A stretch of DNA of 64,000 nt from Methylotenera sp. (GTDB lineage: Bacteria; Pseudomonadota; Gammaproteobacteria; Burkholderiales; Methylophilaceae), in contig DATHWQ010000032.1 in NCBI GenBank assembly GCA_035460465.1, positions 33,427-97,426 on the forward strand. Reading direction: 5' to 3'. Numbering within the stretch: the first letter of the stretch is position 1; each line of letters opens with the position of its first letter. The position numbers and the translations under genes are program-made. The notes beneath the pieces are model-generated. The model searched no databases. It saw only the letters and a program-made list of their open reading frames with translations, and was not told where the DNA came from. This document shows positions 21,120-31,814 of this stretch, in pieces.

Positions 21120-21242
21120 TTCTTAAGCTAAATGGTTCTTCAACTAAATGACTCTTGAATTAGTGATTCTAAAGCTAACTAACTTTGGAGCTAAATAACT
21201 TTAGAAATAGTCACTATATACAACTGCGTGAATATAGTGACT
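21120..21242. repeat. Degenerate ~16-bp tandem repeats plus hairpin in the bamB-der spacer
   Basis: Six units resembling YTYTWRAGCTAAATRA, then an 11-bp stem AGTCACTATAT/ATATAGTGACT (21209-21242). Confidence 0.45.
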
Positions 21243-21248
21243 TATTGA

Positions 21249-22442
21249 TTATTTGACTTGGATAGCATAAACACCGCCATTGCGTGCTTGTGCCAAGACA
21301 GTATTGTTATTTATCAGTGCCATCTGCGGCATAATTGGGCTGTCGCCAGTTTTAATTCTAGAGGCCAAAGCGCCATCTTCTCTATTCAAAAAGTGAACGT
21401 AGCCTTCAACGTCACCTACTGCAATCAAACTGCCCATAGGGGTTGGTGTACTTAACTGGCGATTTTTAAGCGCGGCTTGGCGCCAAAAAGTCTTGCCACT
21501 CGTGTAATCGAGTGCATAGACTGAGCCTAACGCATGCGATACAAAAATCCGCCCATCCTCTGCACTCAACCCGGCCAAACTCGAAATATCACGGTTCCAC
21601 ACCACACGACCTGAAACCCTATCGATTGCTGCAACTCTGCCTTGATAGGCAACTGCATAAATTAACGGACCATCGACCACTGGCAAACTTGTAATGTCGG
21701 CAATACGCTCAATCTCGGTCACGCCTTTAGGCTGCGCGACTGAAGCTTCCCATAACACTTTACCATTATCAGCGCGCACAGAAATTAACTTACCACCGGC
21801 AAACCCAGCATATACAGCTCCGCCATCTACAACGAGCCCAGCAGCACTGCGCAAAGTCAATGAAGGACTAGTGCGGGCATAGACCCATTTGCGGCTACCA
21901 TCATTGGCATTGATACCAAAAATGCGGCTGTCACCTGTACGTACAATTACGGTACCGTCGTAGTATTTTGGCGCACTCAATACTTCGCTACTTAATTTAG
22001 ACTTCCATTGCAGTTTACCTGCAAGGTCGTAAGCATAAATAGCGCCCTTTTGCGTGCCAACTAATACAAGGCTACCACCCACTCCGACTCCACCAGACAG
22101 GGCCTCACCAGTATTCACGCGCCAGAGTTGATTGCCATTGGTAGCATCTAACTTAACCACTTCACCATCGGCGCTTGCGGCATACGCAACCCCGGCCTCA
22201 ACCACTGGAGTAAACTCAAAGTCTTTAGCTTCATCTAGTTTAGCCTGCCAAACTATTTTAGAAACTGCCGTTTCCTTAAGCTCAGCAAGCGGCTCTGGCG
22301 GTTCAGCAGCTTCGCGACCAAAGATACGTTCGGATACATCAGTTTTGATATCTGTAATAGTGCTGCAGGCAGTGACTAACATTACGCTAGACAATGCAAG
22401 CAAGCTCAATATTGCTTTTATGGATTTAAGAGACGACAACAC
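21249..22442 (-). CDS. bamB: Outer membrane protein assembly factor BamB
   Basis: Lipoprotein with PQQ-like beta-propeller repeats; lies between yfgM and der. Confidence 0.93.
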   Translation of the reverse strand: MLSSLKSIKAILSLLALSSVMLVTACSTITDIKTDVSERIFGREAAEPPEPLAELKETAVSKIVWQAKLDEAKDFEFTPVVEAGVAYAASADGEVVKLDATNGNQLWRVNTGEALSGGVGVGGSLVLVGTQKGAIYAYDLAGKLQWKSKLSSEVLSAPKYYDGTVIVRTGDSRIFGINANDGSRKWVYARTSPSLTLRSAAGLVVDGGAVYAGFAGGKLISVRADNGKVLWEASVAQPKGVTEIERIADITSLPVVDGPLIYAVAYQGRVAAIDRVSGRVVWNRDISSLAGLSAEDGRIFVSHALGSVYALDYTSGKTFWRQAALKNRQLSTPTPMGSLIAVGDVEGYVHFLNREDGALASRIKTGDSPIMPQMALINNNTVLAQARNGGVYAIQVK

Positions 22443-22505
22443 TATGCTCCAGCCCGATTAAATAATGCCGATGAATGATTTAAGTGATTAACCAAAGAAA
22501 TTAAA

Positions 22506-23129
22506 TTAACCAAGTGCATCAAGTTTTTGTTGTGTAAGAGTGCGATATTTACCCTCTGCATCTAGCTTGGTCAACGCTTGTTGATAAGCTGCTTTAGCTT
22601 CTGTAGTTTTACCTTGGCTCACCAAAATATCACCTTTTAAATCTGCGAAAAGACCATCAAAACCTGCATCATGCTTGGCATCAAGCAGTTTCAACGCAGC
22701 ATCAAAATCTTTCTCTTCTGCCAAAATATTTGCCAATTGCAAACTTGCAATCGCAACTGCAGAGCTTTCTTTTGCATTTTTAACAGCCCAATCTAGCTGC
22801 GCTTTTGCACTTTTAACTTCATTCGCTTGATAATTAGCTCTAGCTGCAAACAATGCAGCACGACCTGCATAAGGTGTACCGCTAAACTTCTCCATCAAGA
22901 CTGCAGACTTAGCTTGAGTGCTTTTTAAGTCTTTTGCATCAGACACCGTCAACTCTTGGTACTGTGCTGACGCAGTAACCGCTTGTTTGTTTTGATAGTA
23001 ATGCCAGCCTTGGTATGCTGCGTACCCTACCAATACGGCCAGCACGAGGTTGGTCACCATGCTGCCATTGCGTTTCCACCACGCTTTGAATTCGTCTAAC
23101 TGCTCTTGTTCTTCTAAATCATATGCCAT
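22506..23129 (-). CDS. yfgM: Ancillary SecYEG translocon subunit YfgM (TPR)
   Basis: MAYDLEEQEQLDEFKAWW N-terminus; synteny with bamB. Confidence 0.92.
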   Translation of the reverse strand: MAYDLEEQEQLDEFKAWWKRNGSMVTNLVLAVLVGYAAYQGWHYYQNKQAVTASAQYQELTVSDAKDLKSTQAKSAVLMEKFSGTPYAGRAALFAARANYQANEVKSAKAQLDWAVKNAKESSAVAIASLQLANILAEEKDFDAALKLLDAKHDAGFDGLFADLKGDILVSQGKTTEAKAAYQQALTKLDAEGKYRTLTQQKLDALG

Positions 23130-23189
23130 TTTATTTCCTAATCTATTCTTAAATCCAAACTGTTTATTTAACTAATATTTTAACTAGCT

Positions 23190-23993
23190 TTATGCATTTA
23201 CAACTTTTTTACCAGGTATCGCTGCAAGTAAATTTTGCGTATATTCGTGTTGCGGCTGCTGATAAATATCAACCACCGACCCCTGCTCAACTACTTTGCC
23301 CTTATGCATGACGACAATATCATCCGCGATATGGCGCACAACGCGCAAATCATGACTAATAAACAAGTAACTTAACGCCATCTCTTGTTGCAAGTCTTTG
23401 AGTAACAACAATATCTGTGCCTGTATCGATACATCAAGTGCAGACACCGGTTCATCACACACTACTACTTTAGGCTTTAATACCAAAGCCCTTGCGATAC
23501 CAATACGCTGCCTTTGCCCGCCTGAAAATTCATGCGGATATTTTTGCATGTCGGCTTCAGTCAAGCCTACACGCTTTAACATGGCAATTACTTTTTTCTG
23601 CTGCTCGGCACTGCTGCCTAAACCATGAATCAGCAAACCTTCACTTACAATTTCACCCACACGCATGCGCGGGTTAAGCGAGGCAAAAGGATCCTGAAAC
23701 ACCATTTGCAAATCTTTACGTACAGTCCTAAGCGCGGCACCACTGATTTTTGACAAATCTTGGCCTGCAAATAGAACTTCACCGCTATCCAAGGGCTGCA
23801 ATTGTAACAGACAACGTGCCAACGTGGATTTACCGCTACCAGATTCACCTACCACTGCCAGGGTGCTACCTGCACGCAAACTCACGCTGACATCATCCAA
23901 AGCCTTAATCAGAGTAGTGCCAAAGCCAAACTTGCCACTGCGCTGTGTATAAGTTTTGACCAAATGATTGGCGACTAAAATAGGCTCACTCAT
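23190..23993 (-). CDS. Peptide/nickel-type ABC transporter ATP-binding protein (OppF/DppF-like)
   Basis: GESGSGKS, FSGGQRQR and CDEPVSALDVSIQAQ motifs. Confidence 0.9.
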   Translation of the reverse strand: MSEPILVANHLVKTYTQRSGKFGFGTTLIKALDDVSVSLRAGSTLAVVGESGSGKSTLARCLLQLQPLDSGEVLFAGQDLSKISGAALRTVRKDLQMVFQDPFASLNPRMRVGEIVSEGLLIHGLGSSAEQQKKVIAMLKRVGLTEADMQKYPHEFSGGQRQRIGIARALVLKPKVVVCDEPVSALDVSIQAQILLLLKDLQQEMALSYLFISHDLRVVRHIADDIVVMHKGKVVEQGSVVDIYQQPQHEYTQNLLAAIPGKKVVNA

Positions 23994-24877
23994 GTCGCCA
24001 CCTCAGTTGTATTCTGATTCTCTGGCAGCCATGCGTAATCAATCGGTTTCAGTGGTTTTTTACCTTCAGCGTCCGGCACACAAGCTAACAAGGCTTGCGT
24101 GTAAGGATGTTGCGGATTGCCTAACACTTCATCTTTAGTGCCTGATTCTACAATCTCGCCCCTAAACATAACGACTACGTTATCTGCAATATCTGCCACC
24201 ACACCAAAATCATGGGTAATAAACAGCATGCCCATATTCATGTGGATTTTCAGCTCGTCAAGCAACTTAAGTATTTGTGCCTGCACTGTCACGTCTAAAG
24301 CCGTAGTCGGCTCGTCCGCAATCAACAACAGCGGTTCACAAGCAATACTCATTGCAATCATCACGCGCTGACGCTGACCGCCAGATAATTCGTCCGGATA
24401 ACTATTGGCACGGCTTGTCGGGATGCCTACCATCTCTAACAAACTAGCGATTTTAGTTTTTAGTTTGTCGCCTTTAAGACCCAAATGCGTAGTTAAACTT
24501 TCGCCGATTTGATAACCGACAGTAAGCACTGGGTTAAGCGACGTCATTGGTTCTTGGAATATCATGGCGATTTTTCTACCGCGGATTTTTCTCAAGCTTT
24601 CAGCATCAAGCAAGGTTAAGTCTTGTACGCCATTTTCCGAATCATGAAACAGCACGCTACCCGCGTTTAATTGCAATTGTTTAGATAACAAACCCATCAC
24701 CGACAATGCTGTCAGACTTTTACCGCTACCTGACTCACCCACTACACAGGTGGTTTTTCCTGCTTCAATCGTAAAGCTCACATCGTTCACCAATAAACGC
24801 GTTGGCATTTTTTTCGGCACTATACTAATGTGCTCAAGCTGTAATAACGGTACGGTTTTATTGGTAGCTACCATCAT
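23990..24877 (-). CDS. Peptide/nickel-type ABC transporter ATP-binding protein (OppD/DppD-like)
   Basis: GESGSGKS, FQEPMTSLNP, LSGGQRQR and ADEPTTALDV motifs. Confidence 0.9.
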   Translation of the reverse strand: MMVATNKTVPLLQLEHISIVPKKMPTRLLVNDVSFTIEAGKTTCVVGESGSGKSLTALSVMGLLSKQLQLNAGSVLFHDSENGVQDLTLLDAESLRKIRGRKIAMIFQEPMTSLNPVLTVGYQIGESLTTHLGLKGDKLKTKIASLLEMVGIPTSRANSYPDELSGGQRQRVMIAMSIACEPLLLIADEPTTALDVTVQAQILKLLDELKIHMNMGMLFITHDFGVVADIADNVVVMFRGEIVESGTKDEVLGNPQHPYTQALLACVPDAEGKKPLKPIDYAWLPENQNTTEVAT

Positions 24878-25630
24878 TTACTCAATGTTATAAACAATCG
24901 TCACAACAACACGGGCAATTTTGTCGATAGTCGATTTATCGTAAACGCCACCGTAACTATCATCACCTGCGTCACCACCTACAGGCAGTATGTAAAATGC
25001 GCCTTGTGAGGCTGATTTCATCACGCCTACGTTTACGCCATCTTGTTTCACAAACTCAGTTGCACGCGTACGCGCATTTTTTGTGGCGTCAGCAATCAGT
25101 GACATTTTGATGTTCTCTAAATCACCTACCAGATATGAAGGAGGAGAAGCATTGACTGGATGGTTTGCTGCTCTTAATTGCAATAGCGCCTTATTTGCAG
25201 TTGTAATTTTGCTCAAGTCTTTTGAAGTCACGCGTATATTTTGGTAAGCATCGAAACCGTTTTGTACCTGACGCGGCACATCTTTGATAAACACTTCATC
25301 ATAATGTGGATTTAAGGTTTCCACATCTGCAGCCCAGGCATCTGTAGCAAAACCTTGTTTTACCAAAAACGCTTCAACCACCTTACGTTCAACTGCTAAT
25401 CGCTCTAACACTGCCGCTTGAGTTGGCTGCGTAACACTCACAGTCAAAGTCCATTCTGCGCTGTCTGCCTTGATTGGCTTCTCGGCCAAACCTTTAACCG
25501 TGATAGATTGTTGCCCAGACACTGCGCGCTTACCTTGCACGCCTAAAATGAAAGCGGCGGCCGACATGCCGATAGCTAGCAGAATACCCAACACCGCCAT
25601 GGCTTTGAATAGATTATTTTGTTCAGTCAT
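24878..25630 (-). CDS. SIMPL (DUF541) domain protein
   Basis: N-terminal TM; ITVKGLAEK...A; C-terminal DKSTIDKIARVVV. Confidence 0.75.
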   Translation of the reverse strand: MTEQNNLFKAMAVLGILLAIGMSAAAFILGVQGKRAVSGQQSITVKGLAEKPIKADSAEWTLTVSVTQPTQAAVLERLAVERKVVEAFLVKQGFATDAWAADVETLNPHYDEVFIKDVPRQVQNGFDAYQNIRVTSKDLSKITTANKALLQLRAANHPVNASPPSYLVGDLENIKMSLIADATKNARTRATEFVKQDGVNVGVMKSASQGAFYILPVGGDAGDDSYGGVYDKSTIDKIARVVVTIVYNIE

Positions 25631-25665
25631 TTCGCATCCCCTTTCGTCTATTCAATTTGCACTAT

Positions 25666-26991
25666 TTAAGGTTTACTTGCCTTCAAATGCTGAATTGCGG
25701 CTTCCAAAGTGCATTGTATCTGATCACTTTTAACCTCAGCCAACATCGGTTTTAACGTCACTTGATTATTGGAAACTTCATCATCACCCAATATCAAGGC
25801 AAATCTTGCCATACTTCTATCGGCCTTTTTCATTTGTGATTTGAAGCTGCCACCGCCTGCATGCAACACAACTTGAATATTCGCGTTTCTTAACTGTTCG
25901 GCGATACCAAATGCAGCTTTTTCAGCTTGCTCACCCACATTCACCAGATATACATCCGGTGCATCATCAGCGGTAACTCCATACTCCTGCATCAACAAAA
26001 ACACTCGTTCCAAGCCAATCCCGAAACCACAGGCAGGGGTAGATTCGCCACCTAACCTCTCAACCAATGAGTCGTAGCGACCACCACCAGCAATCGTACC
26101 TTGAGCGCCTAGTTTAGTTGTCACCCATTCAAACACTGTGCGGTTATAGTAATCCAAACCACGTACCAAGCGCGCATTAATCTCATAAGCTACACCAGCC
26201 GCATCCAGCAATCTACAGAGACCGCCGAAATGGGCGCGGGTTGCATCGCCTAAGCAATCTATCAATTTGGGTGCCGCTTCACACATGGCTTGCATACGTG
26301 GGTTCTTGGTATCTAAGATGCGCAATGGGTTAGTGTGCAAGCGACGTTTCGCATCTTCATCCAGTAAATCTGCATGCCGCTCAAAGTATGCAATCAAAGT
26401 GTTGCGATAAGCCAAACGTTCATGTGCATCACCAATACTATTAATTTGCAGCGCTACATCTTGAATACCCAGTTCGCGCCAAAGTCTTGCCAGCAATACA
26501 ATTTGCTCAGCATCCACTTCCGGTGTATCAAACCCGAACGCCTCCACGCCGATTTGGTGAAACTGACGTTGACGGCCTTTTTGTACGTTTTCATGACGGA
26601 ACATGGCACCGGTGTACCAAAGGCGTTGCGGACCATTGTAAGTGAGGTTGTGTTCTACCACCGCGCGCACACAACCTGCCGTGCCTTCAGGGCGTAAGGT
26701 CAGTTTGTCACCATTAAGCTCATCCGTCCAGGCGTACATTTCTTTTTCGACAATATCGGTATGCTCGCCTACTGAGCGTACAAATAAATCCGTTGGCTCT
26801 ACGAGAGGCATGCGAATATTTTTATAGCCATATTGTGCAAGGACGCGGCGAGCCGTGTCTTCCAGCTTAAACCAGAGCGGTGTCGCTTCAGGCAGAATAT
26901 CGTAGAAGCCCTTGATACTTTGGAATTTTGTTGCTTTGGTTTTTGTAGCTGAGTTTTTTGTTGTTTCAGCTTGATTAACTTGTTCTACCAT
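25666..26991 (-). CDS. hisS: Histidine--tRNA ligase
   Basis: LRPEGTAG, GRQRQFHQ, VRGLDYY and GGRYD motifs. Confidence 0.98.
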   Translation of the reverse strand: MVEQVNQAETTKNSATKTKATKFQSIKGFYDILPEATPLWFKLEDTARRVLAQYGYKNIRMPLVEPTDLFVRSVGEHTDIVEKEMYAWTDELNGDKLTLRPEGTAGCVRAVVEHNLTYNGPQRLWYTGAMFRHENVQKGRQRQFHQIGVEAFGFDTPEVDAEQIVLLARLWRELGIQDVALQINSIGDAHERLAYRNTLIAYFERHADLLDEDAKRRLHTNPLRILDTKNPRMQAMCEAAPKLIDCLGDATRAHFGGLCRLLDAAGVAYEINARLVRGLDYYNRTVFEWVTTKLGAQGTIAGGGRYDSLVERLGGESTPACGFGIGLERVFLLMQEYGVTADDAPDVYLVNVGEQAEKAAFGIAEQLRNANIQVVLHAGGGSFKSQMKKADRSMARFALILGDDEVSNNQVTLKPMLAEVKSDQIQCTLEAAIQHLKASKP

Positions 26992-28322
26992 TATGCGATT
27001 GCTTTAATTGGAATTGTTTTATTGACCGAATTTGTTAGATTTGATGGTTCTGACGGAATTGAGCGATGCAGCTTGCCGCCTTCTGCATAATTTTCTTGCA
27101 CATAGGTTTCTACAATCGCCTGGAATTCTTGCGCGATATTGTCACCCTTCAGCGTAACTGTTTTCTCACCATCAACAAACACTGGCGCTACAGGTGTTTC
27201 ACCCGTACCAGGTAAACTGATACCAATATTAGCGAGTTTTGATTCACCCGGACCATTCACCACGCATCCCATGACCGCCACGTTCATATTCTCAACGCCT
27301 GCATATTGGCTACGCCATATAGGCATTTGGTTGCGCAAATAACTCTGTATCTGCATGGCGAGCTCTTGAAAATACGTTGAAGTGGTGCGGCCACAACCGG
27401 GGCAAGCCGTGACTAAGGGCGTAAACGAACGAATGCCCATGGTTTGCAGAATTTCTTGCGCAACAATGACCTCTTTGGTGCGTGACTCATTCGGTTCAGG
27501 CGTGAGTGACACGCGAATGGTATTGCCGATACCCTGTTGCAAAAGCAGTGCCAGCGCAGCAGTTGAAGCAACGATGCCTTTAGAGCCCATACCGGCTTCG
27601 GTTAAACCAAGATGCAGCGGGTAATCGCTGCGGGTTGCTAGCTCGGTATACACTTTAACCAAATCTTGCACATTGCTCACCTTGCAAGAAATGATGATTT
27701 GATTGGGTGACAAACCAATTTCAACGGCTTGTTGAGCACTCTCTAGTGCAGACTGAATCAATGCCTCGCGCATCAATGCATCTGAAGACAATGGCTCTGC
27801 AAGTTTGGCGTTATCATCCATCATCTGCGCCATTTTGGCTTGATCCAAACTACCCCAGTTCACACCAATACGTACTGCTTTTTTATACTGGATTGCGGCT
27901 TCAATCATGTAAGCAAACTGTTCGTCACGCTTAGAGCCTTTGCCTACATTACCAGGATTAATTCGGTATTTAGCGAGAGACTCTGCACAATCAGGATATT
28001 GAGCTAATAACTTGTGACCGTTGTAATGAAAATCGCCTACCAGCGGCACATTGCAGCCAAGTGCATCTAAACCACGGCGAATATTACCGACTTGTGCAGC
28101 AGCTTCAGGCGAATTAACGGTAATACGTACCACCTCACTGCCAGCTTGCCATAACTCGTAGACTTGTTTAATAGTCGATTGCGCATCTGCAGTATCCGTA
28201 TTGGTCATACTCTGCACTACGACCGGAGAAGCGACTGTGCCGTTTAAGCCACCTCCAACAGGCACGTGACCTATCATCACCTGCAAAGTGTTACGTGGCA
28301 AATTAGGTAAAAATAAACTCAA
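26991..28322 (-). CDS. ispG: 4-hydroxy-3-methylbut-2-en-1-yl diphosphate synthase
   Basis: [27 protein letters not shown] and [10 protein letters not shown] motifs. Confidence 0.97.
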   Translation of the reverse strand: MSLFLPNLPRNTLQVMIGHVPVGGGLNGTVASPVVVQSMTNTDTADAQSTIKQVYELWQAGSEVVRITVNSPEAAAQVGNIRRGLDALGCNVPLVGDFHYNGHKLLAQYPDCAESLAKYRINPGNVGKGSKRDEQFAYMIEAAIQYKKAVRIGVNWGSLDQAKMAQMMDDNAKLAEPLSSDALMREALIQSALESAQQAVEIGLSPNQIIISCKVSNVQDLVKVYTELATRSDYPLHLGLTEAGMGSKGIVASTAALALLLQQGIGNTIRVSLTPEPNESRTKEVIVAQEILQTMGIRSFTPLVTACPGCGRTTSTYFQELAMQIQSYLRNQMPIWRSQYAGVENMNVAVMGCVVNGPGESKLANIGISLPGTGETPVAPVFVDGEKTVTLKGDNIAQEFQAIVETYVQENYAEGGKLHRSIPSEPSNLTNSVNKTIPIKAIA

Positions 28323-28325
28323 CGA

Positions 28326-29372
28326 CTACTCCAGTTTAATTCGTGCGACATTGTTTTCCGTAGTGCCAGTAACCAAATCCACTGCTTGGCCTTTGTAAGA
28401 AAGCGTAGTCGCTTTTGCATTGCCTACCACCACATTGAATGGCGGCTCGCCATTCAAGCTATCGCTACCACCTGCCGGCAGAATTCTTTCATACACAACC
28501 TTGCCAGATTTATCGGTAATATTGATCCAAGTTTTCTCATTAACGGAAAAACTTAAAGCTTTGCTTGAGGTGACTGCAGGCGCAGCTGGGGTGGCGGTCA
28601 AAGGCGTCATTGTATTAGTGTTGTTCGTAGCGGCAGGGTTGACTAGCGTTGTAGCTGGGCTAACCACTGCTGGTTTAACACCTACAGGATTCGCTGTTAC
28701 CGGACTTATAATCGCTGGAGGGTTCGTTTGGGTGCTGTTTGCTTCTGCCGGGCTGGCTGGAGTCACATTAAGCGGCGGCGTGGGTTCAGTGGCAGCGAGA
28801 GCGGCGGGGTCTGTCACTACAGGGGTATCCGTACCTGCCTGACGCTCAGCGGCAGGCAATGCAATTTCTGGCAATGGCATCTCTGTTGAAGGTGGCGTTG
28901 CATCTACCACTTCAGAAGGTTTACCCACAGAAGGTTTTACCGGTTTTGGCATGTAATCAATATAAAATATCCATGCCAATAAAAATAACAGCACCAAAAT
29001 ACTACCCAGTATGTATTTGAGCCAAGGCTGACTGTCTTTACCTGACATCACCTGATACATTGAAGATTGCACACTTAATGCACTGGGAGACTTACCCGGA
29101 ACACGTGCACGATAACTATCCAACAGCGGATCAGCGTCTAAATCCAATAGTCGCGCATAATTACGAATAAAGCCGCGTGTAATCATGGCCTCCGGCAAAG
29201 CAGAGAAATCGTTATTTTCTAAGGCGCTGATTTGTTTAATACTGATACGCAAATTATTCGACACATCTTTTTGCGTAAGCTTTTTAACATTTCTTGCAGC
29301 CAACAACATCTCACCTAATGGCGCAAAAGCCACTGGTTGCGATGAGGAATCAATTGTAGCTTCATCAGTCAT
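28326..29372 (-). CDS. rodZ: Cytoskeleton protein RodZ (HTH + TM + DUF4115)
   Basis: RGFIRNYARLL helix-turn-helix, single TM, Pro/Thr-rich linker; conserved synteny. Confidence 0.9.
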   Translation of the reverse strand: MTDEATIDSSSQPVAFAPLGEMLLAARNVKKLTQKDVSNNLRISIKQISALENNDFSALPEAMITRGFIRNYARLLDLDADPLLDSYRARVPGKSPSALSVQSSMYQVMSGKDSQPWLKYILGSILVLLFLLAWIFYIDYMPKPVKPSVGKPSEVVDATPPSTEMPLPEIALPAAERQAGTDTPVVTDPAALAATEPTPPLNVTPASPAEANSTQTNPPAIISPVTANPVGVKPAVVSPATTLVNPAATNNTNTMTPLTATPAAPAVTSSKALSFSVNEKTWINITDKSGKVVYERILPAGGSDSLNGEPPFNVVVGNAKATTLSYKGQAVDLVTGTTENNVARIKLE

Positions 29373-29374
29373 TA

Positions 29375-30157
29375 TTATTTTTCGCTCTGTAATAATTTAG
29401 CTTGTTCAGAATCAGGATATTGACGTCGTAATTGCAAAGCATAACTCGCTTCCGCATCCCTTGCGCCTACAGCCCGCTCTATTTGTATCGCTAACCACAA
29501 CATCTCAGGCGTAGGCTGAGTCAGCATCGCGTTCTGCAAACTTGCCTTGGCAGCAATCGCGTCTTTTTTATTAAATTGTAAAAGTGCGAGTTGATATGCG
29601 GCACTATTCATCAATGGATCTATTTGTAGGGCCTTCTTCAAATACGCCTCACCATTAACAGTATCTTTTTTGCGCATTGAACAAATGCCTGCATTCGCGT
29701 AGGCAAGGGCGGGAGTCCCATATAATGGATTTCTTACTGCCGCTAAAAATTCTTTTATAGAATCATCGTAACGACCTTTAGAGCATAAAAAACTACCATA
29801 GTTATTATGCGACTCTGAATTATTAGGTTCTAGTTGTATAGATTTTCTGAAATTAGCATCTGCGATGTCATTTTGACCAAGTGCAGAATGCACTAAACCT
29901 AATCCGTTATAAGCCGTGGCAAAGCTCGGGTCGATACGTGAAGCTTCCGTGAACTCCTCCAGTGCGATTTCCAACTTTCTTTGCTGATAATATACCGCAC
30001 CTAAATCAGTATGCGCGCGGGCGCGGGCTTTAAGGTTCTCGGTATCTTTCTCCTGCTGTTGCTGGCTCACACAACCAGTGCTAAACAAACCCAATAAACT
30101 CAGCAATAAAACTGTTTTGTACGTTCTGACTAAACACACATTCAAACTCATCTTCAT
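29375..30157 (-). CDS. pilW: Type IV pilus biogenesis/stability TPR lipoprotein PilW (PilF)
   Basis: Lipobox, [11 protein letters not shown] repeats; lies between rlmN and rodZ. Confidence 0.9.
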   Translation of the reverse strand: MKMSLNVCLVRTYKTVLLLSLLGLFSTGCVSQQQQEKDTENLKARARAHTDLGAVYYQQRKLEIALEEFTEASRIDPSFATAYNGLGLVHSALGQNDIADANFRKSIQLEPNNSESHNNYGSFLCSKGRYDDSIKEFLAAVRNPLYGTPALAYANAGICSMRKKDTVNGEAYLKKALQIDPLMNSAAYQLALLQFNKKDAIAAKASLQNAMLTQPTPEMLWLAIQIERAVGARDAEASYALQLRRQYPDSEQAKLLQSEK

Positions 30158-31272
30158 TCAACCGCCTCAATTGGAATTCTTTTGGAAGTACGTTTTGTTT
30201 TGTCTAATACTTTACCAGCTAATTGACCGCAGGCTGCATCAATGTCGTCACCGCGCGTTTTACGCACAGTGACCACGTAGCCGGCTTGCATCAGAATATC
30301 TCGGAACACACGGATATGGCTAGGCTTAGAAGTTTCATAACCACTATCCGGGAACGGATTGAATGGTATCAAATTGAATTTACAAGGTACGTTTCTTACT
30401 ACATTTAATAGCTGATGCGCGTGCTCAACGGTATCATTCACGCCATCCAGCATCACATACTCGAAGGTCACAAAATCACGCGGCGCTTTAACTAAATAGC
30501 GCTCACAAGCTGCCATTAACTCTTTGATTGGGTATTTTTTATTGATAGGCACAATCACATCGCGAAGTGCGTCATTCGGCGCATGCAAACTAACTGCCAA
30601 TGCCACAGGACAATCTTCTTTGAGCCTATCCATCGCTGGTACCATGCCACTGGTTGAAAGCGTCACGCGACGGCGACTTAGGCCATACGCACTGTCATCC
30701 AGCATAATTTGCATAGCAGTGACTACATTATCGTAATTGGCGAGCGGCTCACCCATACCCATCATGACTACATTACTGATGATACGATCCGACAATGGCA
30801 ACATATCGTAGCCAGCTTCTGCACGTAAGGATTTGTTAGCGATTGCCAATTGGCCAATGATTTCCGCCACACTGAGGTTACGGTTAAACCCTTGGCGGCC
30901 AGTCGAGCAGAATGTACATTCCAGTGCGCAACCGACTTGCGATGAAATACACAAAGTACCGCGATCATCCTCAGGGATAAACACGGTCTCAATACTATTG
31001 GCAGAACCTGTTTTAACATCGTCAGTGCCTATCAGCCATTTGCGTGTACCATCATTTGATACTTGTTCTAGTTGCACCATAGGCAGAGTAATCTCTGCCT
31101 CAGTGGCTAACTTCTCGCGTAATACTTTAGCAATATCAGTCATCTGCTCAAAATCATGCACCCCGAAGTGATGCATCCAGCGCATCAATTGTTTGGCGCG
31201 AAAAGGTTTCTCACCTTTCTCGGCGAACCATTGTGCTAATTGCGGTTGATTGTAGTTGAGCAGATTGACCAA
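30154..31272 (-). CDS. rlmN: 23S rRNA (adenine2503-C2)-methyltransferase
   Basis: [21 protein letters not shown] and DAACGQL motifs. Confidence 0.97.
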   Translation of the reverse strand: MVNLLNYNQPQLAQWFAEKGEKPFRAKQLMRWMHHFGVHDFEQMTDIAKVLREKLATEAEITLPMVQLEQVSNDGTRKWLIGTDDVKTGSANSIETVFIPEDDRGTLCISSQVGCALECTFCSTGRQGFNRNLSVAEIIGQLAIANKSLRAEAGYDMLPLSDRIISNVVMMGMGEPLANYDNVVTAMQIMLDDSAYGLSRRRVTLSTSGMVPAMDRLKEDCPVALAVSLHAPNDALRDVIVPINKKYPIKELMAACERYLVKAPRDFVTFEYVMLDGVNDTVEHAHQLLNVVRNVPCKFNLIPFNPFPDSGYETSKPSHIRVFRDILMQAGYVVTVRKTRGDDIDAACGQLAGKVLDKTKRTSKRIPIEAVE

Positions 31273-31290
31273 AATTGTTTTACCTATTAA

Positions 31291-31698
31291 TTACTTACCG
31301 AAGAAGTAAGCGATTTCAATCGCTGCGTTCTCAGCAGAATCTGAACCGTGAACTGCATTAGCGTCGATGCTCTCAGCAAAGTCAGCACGGATTGTGCCAG
31401 CAGCCGCTTCTTTAGGGTTTGTAGCGCCCATTAAATCACGGTTTACTTGAACTGCATTTTCGCCTTCTAATGCTTGAATCATCACTGGACCAGAAATCAT
31501 GAACTTTACCAAGTCATTGAAAAAAGGACGTGCTGCGTGCACTGCGTAGAAACCTTCAGCATCAGCTTGTGTTAATTGCGCCATTTTGGCTTCAACTATT
31601 TTTAAACCTGCGTTTTCAAAACGAGTGTAGATTTTACCGATTACATTTTTTGCAACTGCATCAGGTTTGATGATAGAAAGCGTGCGTTGAACAGCCAT
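31291..31698 (-). CDS. ndk: Nucleoside diphosphate kinase
   Basis: [10 protein letters not shown] and NAVHGSDS motifs. Confidence 0.98.
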   Translation of the reverse strand: MAVQRTLSIIKPDAVAKNVIGKIYTRFENAGLKIVEAKMAQLTQADAEGFYAVHAARPFFNDLVKFMISGPVMIQALEGENAVQVNRDLMGATNPKEAAAGTIRADFAESIDANAVHGSDSAENAAIEIAYFFGK

Positions 31699-31814
31699 AA
31701 CAACTCCATTAAATTAACTTATTGAAAAGAACGATAAAATACCATTTTTGGCGCCTAAAATAAACCTTCATTTTGTGATAAGTATTATAGATGACGTGCT
31801 AAAAACCACTGTTT

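Noticed and set aside
21120-21214. Repeat array considered as CRISPR
   Set aside because: Units are degenerate, contiguous and spacer-less; there are no cas genes.
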